Part shown: piece by piece, positions 16,891-27,300 of the stretch | How positions within the stretch are numbered: position 1 is the stretch's first letter | Layout of the letters: each line of letters begins with the position of its first letter | Source of the DNA: an uncultured Clostridia bacterium | GTDB lineage: Bacteria > Bacillota > Clostridia > TANB77 > CAG-508 | Direction of reading: 5' to 3' | Assembly: GCA_947623725.1 (NCBI GenBank) | Contig: CANQHI010000014.1 | Coordinates: 1-29,971, forward strand | Length of the DNA: 29,971 bases | Notes under the pieces: model-generated | Told to the model about the DNA's origin: nothing | Database searches by the model: none | The model's input: only the letters and a program-made list of their open reading frames with translations | Made by a program: the position numbers and the translations under genes

Positions 16891-16918
16891 TTGAATTTTG
16901 CAGAAAAAGTGATATAAT
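16891..16918 (+). promoter_or_regulatory. Candidate extended -10 sigma-A promoter for the large surface protein
   Basis: TTGAAT (16891-16896), 16-nt spacer ending in TGA, then TATAAT (16913-16918), about 55 nt upstream of ATG 16974. Confidence 0.45.
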
Positions 16919-16973
16919 TATGTATAATTTTATAAAAAATACAATTATATTTTTAGAAAGGATGTTTAATAAA

Positions 16974-19900
16974 ATGAAAAGTACAGTAAGCTTAAAATAT
17001 TTACTTATTATTGCTGTAATTATTTCATTAATGATGTCAACAAGTGGAATAATTCTAGCCGAAAATGGAGTAAATTTTATTTCAAAAGAAAAACAATCTA
17101 CGGCAGTAGAAAAGAATATTGAATTAACAGTAAAGACAAAATATGATGAAGAGGTGGCAGGAGATGACATTGAAGAAAATACAGCAGAATTAACATGGAA
17201 ACTAAAAGATGATAATACAGATATACAACAATATAAATATACAGTAGAAAGAAGTATAGGAGATAGTAAAACTTATAGTGCTATTTCTAATATAAATGAC
17301 AGAATAAATGTTTTAAATGTATATCCAGGTGATGATAAACATGATAAAATAACCTTCAATACTTATGATGATGATGCTAAAAAAGAATATTATATGCAAA
17401 ATGGAATGGTTGAAGGAGGTCAATTAAAACTAGATAAAGCAGCTTCACTTAAAGAATGGATGGAAAAAAGCGTAAATCAAAGTAGTAATGGATTTGGAAA
17501 GGGACTAATTGAAGTTACTCCAGTAAGTATAAGCGATTTCAACCAAGATCCAGAAAAATATTTAAAAGATGAAGTTCATGCTTTATCAGATGTTAGTGAA
17601 TCAGATAATAATGATTATAAATATGATGTTATTTTCTTTGGTTCTTGGGATTCTTATGGTGGTGCAGGAAATGATTTAAAAGGAAATCATCAAGATAGTG
17701 AATCAGAAACAGGCGCCCAATCTAGTACTTTAGAAATATCAACTACAGATGATGCCACAACAATAGTTGAAAACTTTATAAAAAAAGGTGGAAATGTTAT
17801 ATTTGGACATGACACTGTTTGTTTAACATCAGGTCAACATCATCCTAATCTAGCATACCTAGGAAAAGAGTATGTTAATATTACATGCTCAAAAGATGGT
17901 GGTTCTTCTCATTCTAATACAGATGTTTATATTCATAAAGATGGAGTATTTACTTCATATCCATGGGATATAACAGAAGGAAAAAGCAAAGATGAAACAG
18001 ATCAAAAAATACACCTTACTATTCCAACTGCACACAATTTAGGTCAAACTGCAAATGGTGATATTTGGCTTAAATTTAAAGGTAATAATAGTGAAGATGA
18101 TAAAACAAACTTTTATTTAACAACTTATGAAAAACCTGCCGATAGCGATAATACATATGGAATGTGTGCAATGATTCAAACAGGACATTCTTCAGGCACT
18201 GCAACTGATGATGAAGAAAAAATAATAGCAAATTTAATTTTCTATGTTAGCACAGTAGATGATATAACTGCAAACTTAACAGACCATGAGTTTACAGACA
18301 GAAATGGACCTACTATTTCAGAGGTAAGCAGTGATGATATAACTATAAATAAAGAAAATGCAACAGTAAAGATTTCAGCAACAGATGAAGGAACAACATA
18401 CCATTATTATGTTGAAGGAGAAAATAAAACAGACTCAACTAAAAAAATAGAATCTGAGAAAATTGAAAAAATTAGACCAGCAACAGGAGTAAAAAAATAT
18501 GAATACTATACAGATGGAAATGATGTAGATGAAACAAACGAAGAAGAGAAAAATAAAGTTTTAGACTATTTTGTAAATCCTACCAATCATCAAGATATAA
18601 AAATCCAAACTCTTGAAGGAGATGGAATAGAAGATTCTATTGAAAATATAAAATTAGAAAGTAATGTAACATATTTACATATAAGAGCAATTGATAATGC
18701 AGGAAATGCAGGAGAAGTAAAAACTATAAAAATATATGAAAATACTGCACCAAGTGTTACGCTATCTCAAGAACCAACTGAGTGGACTAATACAAAAGAT
18801 AACAATACAGTAAAAATAACTGCAATTGGAACAGATACAGATGGATATGTAGCAAAAATAGAAAAAATAAATGACGATGGCTCTGCTGATGCTTTAAATG
18901 TAGGTACAAATAGCGAAAAAAATAATCCATTTGAATATGATTTTCATATAAAAGAAAATGGAACTTATAAATTTAGAGCAACTGATAATTTAGGAGCAAC
19001 ATCAACAATAGAAAATATTGATAGTGCAATAATAATAAGCAATATTGACAATAATGCACCTGAAATAAATGATATAAATGTAGTTCAACCAACAAATACA
19101 AATCAATATGCAGAAATTAGTTTTTCAGCTGAAGATAAAGAAACAACAACTGATTCAAAAGATATTTCAGGAATTAGCAAAATAGAAATAGTATATAAAG
19201 GCATTGATGGAACAAGTGAAGAATCAGTAGTTGGTGAAATATATACAACTAAGACTCAAGATTCTGAAAATAGAGTTACAGGACCAAATAGTTTTAATAC
19301 AACTGATTTACAAGATGCAGACAAGATAAAATTAACTAAATCAGGTAAGTATGTTATCAAAGTAACAGATGTAGCAGGCAATGAAACTATATCTGATGAA
19401 GTAGAAGTAAAGATTGAATCTTTAGGAATAAAGGTAAAATATCAAGATGTATTACACCCAGAATTAGATGATTTAAGTGCAGTTGTAGATACTAACACAA
19501 CTAATCCAAATGCTCTTTCAGGAGAAGAATATACAACAAAATTTGAAGAAATTGCAGGATATGAATTAGTAGGAATAAGTATATATGACAGCAATGGAAC
19601 TTTAAAGGAAACTATAAATCCAATTCCAGCTGATAAAAATATTACAATAGAATATGAAATAGGAGCACAAACAGTTGTATATGAATATAAGAAAGTTTCA
19701 AAAGTAACAACAGTATATGAAGATGCAAATACAAATACAAACATCGATAAAAACGAAGAAGCAAATTATAAAGAAGGGGATACTTATATAGTAAATCCAA
19801 AAGACATAACAGGATATGTATTAACAGAATCTCCAAAAGAAACAACTGGAATCATGGGAAGAGATGATATAACAAAAGTATATCATTATAGAAAAATTTC

Positions 19901-20900
19901 TGAAGGATTAACAGTAAAATATGTAGATAAAAGTACAGGAGATTTACTAGGACAATTAGAATTGAAAGAGAAAGATGGAAGACAACTAGGAGAAGGGGAC
20001 ATAGTAGATCTATTAAAAGAAAAGACAATATTAGAAAAAAATAAAGAAATAGAAGGAAAAGGTTATAAAAATATAAGTAAAGCACTTATAGTAAATAATA
20101 ACGAAAAAGAAATAAAAGATGAAGAAGCTGATATTACATTAACAACAGAAGGAACAGAAGTAATCTATTATTATACAAAGGAAATAACAATCCAAGTTGT
20201 AGGAATAGATGAAAAAACAGGAAAAGAAATTTATTCATCAAGTACATTAAAAGGACTAGAAGGTGAAAACTATAAAATAACACCACCAGAAATAAAAGGA
20301 TATAAATTAGATAGTAAAAAAATGCCAAAAAATGCACAAGGAAAATATAATAGAAACGATACAAAAGTGGTATATTACTATAACAAAATAGCAGGTGGAG
20401 TAACAGTAAAATATGTTGATGAAAATAACAATGAAATTGCTAAGAGAGAAATAATAACAGGAGTAGTTGATGAAGAATATAGAGCTCCATATAAAGATAT
20501 AGACAAATATATATTAACATCAGTAGATGGTGATACTATTGGAAAAATGAACGAAGATGTAATAGATGTAACATTCCATTACAAAAAGAGAATTGGAAAA
20601 GTTGAAGTACAATATGTAGATGAAAATGGAAATATATTACATAAAGAAGAAATAGAAAACTATGTAGGTGAAAAATATCAAACAACTAAAAAAGACTTTA
20701 AAAATTATGATTATAATGGAGTAGAAGGAATAGAGGAAGGCTATATAGAAGATGGAATAAGTACAATAACATATTATTACAAAACTAAACAAAAAGATAC
20801 AACTCCAAAAACAGGAGAAAGTAATATAATTAATATTGTAGAATTAATTACAGCTTTATCAATAGCTGGAATAGTTATAATAAAAAGAAAACTTAAATAA
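16974..20900 (+). CDS. Cell-wall-anchored surface protein: unassigned N-terminal ~430-aa domain, Ig-like modules, about six MucBP-like repeats, PKTG sorting signal
   Basis: ATG 16974 begins a typical signal peptide MKSTVSLKYLLIIAVIISLMMSTSGIILA; the ORF-track start 16920 lies right at the -10 box. C-terminal repeats follow the pattern V(K/Q)YVDxxG...GY.L...(Y/H)YxK between about 19420 and 20790. TPKTGE (PKTG codons 20805-20816) is followed by a hydrophobic segment and a KRKLK tail. Confidence 0.85.
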   Translation: MKSTVSLKYLLIIAVIISLMMSTSGIILAENGVNFISKEKQSTAVEKNIELTVKTKYDEEVAGDDIEENTAELTWKLKDDNTDIQQYKYTVERSIGDSKTYSAISNINDRINVLNVYPGDDKHDKITFNTYDDDAKKEYYMQNGMVEGGQLKLDKAASLKEWMEKSVNQSSNGFGKGLIEVTPVSISDFNQDPEKYLKDEVHALSDVSESDNNDYKYDVIFFGSWDSYGGAGNDLKGNHQDSESETGAQSSTLEISTTDDATTIVENFIKKGGNVIFGHDTVCLTSGQHHPNLAYLGKEYVNITCSKDGGSSHSNTDVYIHKDGVFTSYPWDITEGKSKDETDQKIHLTIPTAHNLGQTANGDIWLKFKGNNSEDDKTNFYLTTYEKPADSDNTYGMCAMIQTGHSSGTATDDEEKIIANLIFYVSTVDDITANLTDHEFTDRNGPTISEVSSDDITINKENATVKISATDEGTTYHYYVEGENKTDSTKKIESEKIEKIRPATGVKKYEYYTDGNDVDETNEEEKNKVLDYFVNPTNHQDIKIQTLEGDGIEDSIENIKLESNVTYLHIRAIDNAGNAGEVKTIKIYENTAPSVTLSQEPTEWTNTKDNNTVKITAIGTDTDGYVAKIEKINDDGSADALNVGTNSEKNNPFEYDFHIKENGTYKFRATDNLGATSTIENIDSAIIISNIDNNAPEINDINVVQPTNTNQYAEISFSAEDKETTTDSKDISGISKIEIVYKGIDGTSEESVVGEIYTTKTQDSENRVTGPNSFNTTDLQDADKIKLTKSGKYVIKVTDVAGNETISDEVEVKIESLGIKVKYQDVLHPELDDLSAVVDTNTTNPNALSGEEYTTKFEEIAGYELVGISIYDSNGTLKETINPIPADKNITIEYEIGAQTVVYEYKKVSKVTTVYEDANTNTNIDKNEEANYKEGDTYIVNPKDITGYVLTESPKETTGIMGRDDITKVYHYRKISEGLTVKYVDKSTGDLLGQLELKEKDGRQLGEGDIVDLLKEKTILEKNKEIEGKGYKNISKALIVNNNEKEIKDEEADITLTTEGTEVIYYYTKEITIQVVGIDEKTGKEIYSSSTLKGLEGENYKITPPEIKGYKLDSKKMPKNAQGKYNRNDTKVVYYYNKIAGGVTVKYVDENNNEIAKREIITGVVDEEYRAPYKDIDKYILTSVDGDTIGKMNEDVIDVTFHYKKRIGKVEVQYVDENGNILHKEEIENYVGEKYQTTKKDFKNYDYNGVEGIEEGYIEDGISTITYYYKTKQKDTTPKTGESNIINIVELITALSIAGIVIIKRKLK

Positions 20901-21014
20901 TAAGCGATTTATAAATCAAATTAACAATACCTACAAAATTAATTAAAGTATAATAATCTAATAAGAGAATACAAACTTCTTGGTGTAAACTTTTTATGAT
21001 ATTAAACATAAACT

Positions 21015-21084
21015 TAAATAAGTGTGTCTAAATTTTAAAATGTTACCTATGTCAAATACATTTTATTTAATAGACACACTTATT
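21015..21084. terminator. Long hairpin between convergent genes; candidate bidirectional terminator
   Basis: aaataagtgtgtcta (21015-21029) pairs perfectly with tagacacacttattt (21070-21084). An inner aaaatgt/acatttt pairing lies in the loop. T/A runs on both sides. Confidence 0.5.
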
Positions 21085-21087
21085 TGT

Positions 21088-21663
21088 TTATAAAATTAAA
21101 GGTTGAATTTGTTCCTCATTTAATGCTGAATCAATTGTTTTTACTATATATTCTGGATTAGATGATAAAGAATAAGGTTTTGTTATTGGATTATTTTGCA
21201 TAAATGGAACAAAATACAAATGTTTTCTATTTAAAAGTGTTCCAATATTACAGGCATTAGTACTTAATCCATCATCAGCATAAATAAAAATTACTAAAGG
21301 CTTCTTATTTTTTAAATGTAATTTAACAGCTAAAGTAATAGGAGTATCTGATATTGAATTAGCTATTTTTGCAAGAGTATTTGAATCTAATGGTGCAATA
21401 ACCATCATATCATAATTATTTTTTTTGAATAATTTTTCAACATCTTCTAATGTGTGAATAATTTTCTTTTTACATATATTTTCAATTTTTTCAATAAAAT
21501 TTTCATTTTTATTTTTTTTACATAAGTAATATGCATTATAAGTCATAATAGGGTAGAGGTTAGCACCCTTTTTAGAGATTTCTTCAAATTTTTCAATTAT
21601 TTTAGGAAAGGTGCTAATAGCACCAGTAAAGCCAAAAATGATGTTTACATCTTTTAAATTCAT
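21088..21663 (-). CDS. dpaB: Dipicolinate synthase subunit B-like flavoprotein (SpoVFB/DpaB family)
   Basis: 191-aa ORF with SD AAGGAGA on the minus strand. IIFGFTGAISTF..., MVIAPLDSNTLAKIANSISDTPITLAVK, VPFMQNNPITKPYSL and the C-terminal EEQIQPLIL are colinear with B. subtilis SpoVFB as I recall it. Confidence 0.6.
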   Translation of the reverse strand: MNLKDVNIIFGFTGAISTFPKIIEKFEEISKKGANLYPIMTYNAYYLCKKNKNENFIEKIENICKKKIIHTLEDVEKLFKKNNYDMMVIAPLDSNTLAKIANSISDTPITLAVKLHLKNKKPLVIFIYADDGLSTNACNIGTLLNRKHLYFVPFMQNNPITKPYSLSSNPEYIVKTIDSALNEEQIQPLIL

Positions 21664-21711
21664 ATATCTCCTTTTAAAAATTATCAGATATTATATATTA
21701 TGTTTGTAATA

Positions 21712-21746
21712 TAAAAAATGAGCCAAAGAATTTTTAATCTTTAGCT
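21712..21746 (-). terminator. Intrinsic terminator downstream of the recombinase gene
   Basis: On the minus-strand RNA, agcuaaaga pairs with ucuuuggcu (9 bp including one G-U) across an 8-nt loop, followed by cauuuuuuau. Confidence 0.45.
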
Positions 21747-21830
21747 TATTTTAAATTGTTTTATGTAAAAGAGCTGAAATAAGAATAATTTTATCTAATA
21801 GTCCTCATAAACAATAAAATAATATTATTT

Positions 21831-22826
21831 TTATTGCTTATTATGATAATTAGCTAGAGGATTAGATTCAACTGCATTTCTTACTTGCTCATTATCAACA
21901 TGAGTATAAATTTCAGTAGTAGATATACTTTGATGTCCTAGAAGTTCTTGTAAAGCTCTAATGTCAACTTGACCATATTTATACATTAAAGTTGCAGCGG
22001 TATGTCTTAATTTATGTGTTGAATACTTAGTTGTATCAAGACCAGCTTTTTGAAGTTCTCTAGCTACAACATTTTCAACTGTTCTTTTACTGATTCTTTG
22101 TCTATATGAACTTAAAAATAGAGCTCTGTCCGAATTTTTTGAATCCTTCTTAGCATTAGTAGGACGTACATTTAGATAATCTGCTATAGCATTAATACAA
22201 GCTTTATTCAAATAAATTGTACGTTCTTTATTTCCTTTTCCAATAACAGTAAGCATACACTCATCAAATTTTATATCAGATATATTTATACTTATAAGTT
22301 CAGAAAGACGGAGACCACAATTTAAAAATAAAGTAATTATAGCAAAATCTCTTTCCTTATTTTTATTAGTTTCATCCCCTTCAGAAACAGATAATAATTT
22401 TTGACTATCTTCTAAACTTAAATATCGAGGTAATCTCTTATTAAGTTTAGGAGTTTCTAGGTTTTGAGCCGGATTATTTTTTATAGTATTTGTAATAACA
22501 GTTAAATATTTGAAGAATATTCTTATAGTAGAAATTTTTCTTGCACATGTCGCAGGTCCACATCTTCGATTAATTGATAAATATGAAATAAAAGCATGTA
22601 TATCTTCTTGGGTTATTTTTTCTAAATCAGCTAATGAAAAGTCTGCTATTTCTATTTTATCAAAATCCTTTTCATCAGTTAATTTAAAGTGGTATTTCAT
22701 GTATCTTAAAAACATTCTTAAATCACAATTATATTGGTCTACTGAATTAACAGACTTTCTTTGATATGTTAGAGCATATTGTAAAAAAGAATTTAAAAAT
22801 GCTGGATTTTCTTCTGGATTTATCAT
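21831..22826 (-). CDS. Tyrosine site-specific recombinase (XerC/XerD-like)
   Basis: C-terminal catalytic blocks HKLRHTAATLMY and LLGHQSISTTEIYTHV, with an N-terminal SAM-like core-binding region. Start MINPEENP (ATG 22824-22826) follows AAAGGAAAA; the longer 22850 start has no SD. Confidence 0.85.
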   Translation of the reverse strand: MINPEENPAFLNSFLQYALTYQRKSVNSVDQYNCDLRMFLRYMKYHFKLTDEKDFDKIEIADFSLADLEKITQEDIHAFISYLSINRRCGPATCARKISTIRIFFKYLTVITNTIKNNPAQNLETPKLNKRLPRYLSLEDSQKLLSVSEGDETNKNKERDFAIITLFLNCGLRLSELISINISDIKFDECMLTVIGKGNKERTIYLNKACINAIADYLNVRPTNAKKDSKNSDRALFLSSYRQRISKRTVENVVARELQKAGLDTTKYSTHKLRHTAATLMYKYGQVDIRALQELLGHQSISTTEIYTHVDNEQVRNAVESNPLANYHNKQ

Positions 22827-22981
22827 AATAATTTTTCCTTTCATATGCATAAATTTTTATATATAAAGAATTATAACATACTAAAATAAGAAATCAAATA
22901 TTTCACGCAACTTTTTTAATATAAAATTCTACTGTAACATAAAAAATACTATTCAAATTAATTATGATGTTAATTTTATAC

Positions 22982-23010
22982 TTGACGTTTATTATAATTT
23001 TTTATAAAAT
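22982..23010 (+). promoter_or_regulatory. Candidate sigma-A promoter for the glycosyltransferase gene
   Basis: TTGACG (22982-22987), 17-nt spacer, TAAAAT (23005-23010), 38 nt upstream of ATG 23048. Confidence 0.5.
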
Positions 23011-23047
23011 TGTCATGATAAAAATTACTTGAAAGTGTGATAATTTT

Positions 23048-24136
23048 ATGAAAAAAATATTAATATTAACATCAGAAAGAACAGGTACAGGTCATAAATC
23101 TGCAGCTAATGCAATTGAGAAAAAACTAGATAAGCAAGAATATGATGTAAAGCAGATTGACAGTTTTTCAATGATGGGAAGAATAGGAATATTCCTTGAA
23201 AATTTATATGTGCCTGTAACTACAATTTGTCCATTACTTTATTATATAGCATTTTTAATAACTCAAATATTTCCTAATTTCATGCATTTTTTAGTATATC
23301 TATTATTAAAAAAAAGATTAAAAAAAGTGATTAATGATTATAAGCCGGATTTAATTATTTCTGTTCATTGTATGTTTACCAAATCGGTTTCTCATTTATT
23401 AAGGAAGGAAAAATTAAATATACCATTTTATATAAATGTAATTGATTTAGTTAAACCACCAAAGGTATGGATTGATAAAAATGCAAATGCAATTTTCGTG
23501 CCAACAAATGAAGTAAAGGAAGATTACATTAGAAGGGGAATAGATTATAAAAAAATCTTTATATCGGGTTTTCCAATTAGAGACGATATATCAAAAAGAA
23601 CTACTCCTAAAAAAATAGAGGATAAAATAAATATTTTAGTTGTAAATCCCTCAAGAAATTTAAGTAAATGCATATTATATATTAAGGAAATTGCACGAAT
23701 TAATAATGCATCAATTACAGTAGTTTGTGGTAGAGATAAGAATTTATATAAAACTTTAATTAAATTACAAGAATCTGGAACATTGTCTAAAGAAATTGTA
23801 ATTAATGGCTTTGTAAACAATATGAATGAACTTTTAGATAACGCACACATAGTTCTTACTAAAGCAGGTCCTAACATGATATTAGAAGCAGCCAAAAGTG
23901 CAGCATCAATTATTATTACCGGTCATGTTTTAGGCCAAGAAAATTACAATTATAAATTTGTTGAAGATAATGATTTTGGGTTTAAATGTGAAAGTCCAAA
24001 TAGAATATATGAAGAACTTAATGAATTTATACATAGTAAAAAGATTGATAAATGTTTAAAAACTGTATTAAAAGTTGACTGCACAGATGGTGCAAGTTTT
24101 ATAGCTAATTTTATAAAAAACAGAATTATAACATAA
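23048..24136 (+). CDS. GT28 / MGDG-synthase-family glycosyltransferase (UgtP-like diacylglycerol glycosyltransferase)
   Basis: 362-aa ORF. N-terminal KILILTSERTGTGHKSAANAIEKKL matches the UgtP/MGDG_synth opening motif. C-terminal GT-B half has TKAGPNMILEA. Confidence 0.75.
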   Translation: MKKILILTSERTGTGHKSAANAIEKKLDKQEYDVKQIDSFSMMGRIGIFLENLYVPVTTICPLLYYIAFLITQIFPNFMHFLVYLLLKKRLKKVINDYKPDLIISVHCMFTKSVSHLLRKEKLNIPFYINVIDLVKPPKVWIDKNANAIFVPTNEVKEDYIRRGIDYKKIFISGFPIRDDISKRTTPKKIEDKINILVVNPSRNLSKCILYIKEIARINNASITVVCGRDKNLYKTLIKLQESGTLSKEIVINGFVNNMNELLDNAHIVLTKAGPNMILEAAKSAASIIITGHVLGQENYNYKFVEDNDFGFKCESPNRIYEELNEFIHSKKIDKCLKTVLKVDCTDGASFIANFIKNRIIT

Positions 24137-24319
24137 AAAGAGTAATTGAAAAGTTAAGCACATTTCTAAAAAGTAAATGAAAAAATGTTTAAGTAAAATT
24201 AAAATGCAATTTTATATAGTGAAAAAAATTAATGACAAGTTAACAAAATTTATTGTTTTTCTTGTCATTTTATGATAGAATATATAAGCAATAAAATAAA
24301 AAATAAAGGGGAGGTATTT

Positions 24320-27300
24320 ATGAAAACTAACAGATTAATTTCTGCTATGCTATTTATAGCAATTTTCATGTCTCAATTTTTAAATTTAGGACTAATTATG
24401 TCACCTGCAGTAGTTTATGCTCAAGATACTAGAGCAACAAATATTGCAGATAATTTCTTTCATGACCAATTAGACGATGATGCAAAAGTATTTTATGATA
24501 TTTTTGACAAAATGTTTTTTGGCTGTGATTATACAAAATTAAAACAAGAACTTCAAAGTGAAGGTTCAAAGTTTGGAGTTGATTCAGTTGATATTACAGA
24601 AAAAATTAATGAATCATCAACTTTAAGAGCTAAATTACAAGCTTATACAACAGGAAATCAAGATTTATTAAATACAATGGGTTCTGCAAAAGATGCTTAT
24701 ATGGCTGACCATGCTGGGCTTTTCTTTATAGATCCTGATTATATTACACTTAGAGTTACTAAGAAAGACGGACAATTACATGCAACAGTTGGTATAGGAA
24801 GATCAGATACATATATCAATAAAGCTTTCTGGGATTATGACAAAAAGCAAGTAAAAAAAGAGGAACTTGTTAAAGCTATTGAAGCTATTGAAACAGCATT
24901 AAATAGTGCTGTTGAAGAGGTTAATGCCGTACAAGTTCAAGAAAATCAAAATGAAAAAGAACAAAAAATTAAAAAAGCTCATGATATTGTTATCGAAAAA
25001 AATGCTTATAAATTAGAAGAAACAATTATAGAAGAAAACAAAGATATTCATGATGACAATGAAAAAGGTGATCCATGGAATGTAAGAACAGTTTATGGTG
25101 CCTTTGGACCAAAACATGAAATCGTTTGTGAAGGTTTTGCTAGAGCATTCAAAATGATACTAGATAAAATCAATATTCCATGCGTTCTAGTTTATGGTGC
25201 TTATGTTACAAGTACTAAATATGAAGAACATATGTGGAACTATGTCCAATTAGATGATGACAAATGGTATGGAGTTGATTGTACTTGGGATAATACAGAT
25301 GTAACAGATGAAGATAAAAAAGTTGTTGGAAAAGAAGATGTAGAAAAAATTTCTGCTGAATATTTCCTAGCTGGTGAAGACAAAATGTCTTTAAATCACT
25401 TAGTTACTGGAATTATGTCTGTTTCAAACCATGAATTCAAATATCCAGCACTTGAATTATCAAGCGATAAATATGAAATCGCATCTGAAAATGCTGGACT
25501 AAGAGTTGAACTAGATGATCAAAGTTATGATGAAGAAGATCAAATAGTAGCTGGAAAATTTAAAATTAGCTTTTTTATAGACTTAAATGAAAATGGTGTT
25601 GAAGATCCAGGAGAAAGAATGGGTTATAACAAGGCAAAAGAGCATGGATACTATATGATTTGCAGTATGATGCAATATAACAAACCTGAATATGAAACAC
25701 ATGAAAAACCTAAAAATCCAAATGAAGAAGGCTGGAGATATAATGGATATTTTGCTTATGTAGATGATAGGGCTTATTCTTCATTAGTTGACTTCTACGA
25801 AGATGGTTCAAAAGTAGGGGAGAATGATGAAGAAAAAGAAAATATGAATTCATATTTATCTTTATATAATTCAAACTGTAACTATATTCAATTTGGTATA
25901 ACTGATGAAAAACCTGTAGAATTTTATGAAGGTATAGAAAAGAACATGACAGATTTAATAAAAATGACAACATTTACAGGAACATCAGCAGATATGATTG
26001 CTTTATCAGATAAAATATTCAATCCAAATGGCTCTCACATAAAAGCACCATATATTCAAAAAGCATACCCAATTCAAAATTCTACAATGTATATTGGAGA
26101 AACATATCATTGTGTAATTGAATATGATGAAAAATTAACTAGAATTCCTGATGAAGATTTAGAAGCAAGTGTTAAAGTTGAAAATTCTTCAAATGTAGTT
26201 TCAAATAATTACTCTTTAACAGACTTTACATTTGATAATGATCATACAGTAAGCTTCAACTTTACACCTAGTGAATTATATGCAGATGATTCAGTATTCT
26301 ATACTATAGATATGCTTGGTCTTATGGGAGCAGAAACTAAAAAGAGACCAATGGCAGCAAGTTATTTCTGTGCACATAGATGCGAAGCTTATGCTTATAA
26401 ATCACAAGGAATTGATTGGAACGTTTATGGTAAGCCAACACTTATGGATGATGTAAACTTAGATGAAATGACAGATGAAGAAAATTCTGATTTAGCAGAA
26501 TTATTAAAACATAGAATGACACTTGTAACTACTTCAACAAAACCATCAGAAGAGAGTAAGATGAATGAAATGCTTGATGATGAAATGACACACGGTGGAA
26601 AAGTAGTAGAGAGTCAAACATACAACATAAAATTAACACTATGCAAAATGCAAAAAATTCAAAATGGTCAATCAGTTAGAGTTATGCTTGGTTTCCCAGA
26701 CGGATATGGACCAGAAGATGCAGGAGTTACATTTAAAGCATATCACTATATAAAAGATGCTTCTGGAAATATTGTTGATGTTGAAGAAATACCATGCATG
26801 GTAACAGAACTAGGATTAATTATAGAATGTAGCTCATTCAGCCCATTTACTATAGCTGCTATAGAAGGTGCTCAAGAAGAAGAAGATAATTCTAGAACAC
26901 TTATTTTCCAAACAAGTAAAGGTGGAGACGTTTATATTGACGTTGAAAAGAATGAAAAAGCAAACAAAATAGTATTAGATAACGAGAAAAATGAAGCCAA
27001 AATTACAATTAAACCAGATGAAGGCTATGTAGTTGACGATATAGTTATAGGTGAAAAAGTAATTGATGTAAATGGCAAAGATGTTGCCAAAGTAGAAACA
27101 GATGGAAATTCAAATGAAGTAACATATACAATAAAATATGATGATTTAAAACAACAAAACTTTGAAGCAGCAGTTGCTAAAGTAGCATTTATACCAGAAG
27201 CAACAAAAGAAAATGAAAAAGCAGCTGGTATGGAAGTAGTTTCACAACCATTAGTTCAAGCATCATTTGCAGTTTCAGCAAATGTAACATCTGCATCTAA

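Noticed and set aside
16920-16973. Upstream-extended starts offered by the ORF track. They are at 16920, 24272, 10147, 7978, 786, 15685 and 22850 (the last on the minus strand).
   Set aside because: In each case an internal ATG has a properly spaced SD and, where relevant, begins a canonical signal peptide. The extensions lack an SD or overlap promoter elements.
19442-20364. Cluster of minus-strand ORFs (19442-19744, 19642-19845, 19852-20085, 20134-20364) inside the surface-protein gene.
   Set aside because: They are Leu/Phe-rich antisense translations of the repetitive MucBP-coding region. The + strand frame is continuous for 1308 codons with a signal peptide and a sorting signal.
21831-22826. 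Tyrosine recombinase considered as the integrase of a mobile element or prophage boundary.
   Set aside because: There is no adjacent tRNA, no flanking direct repeats visible in the window, and no phage or conjugation genes nearby. The N-terminal SAM-like domain and overall size fit a chromosomal Xer-type recombinase.
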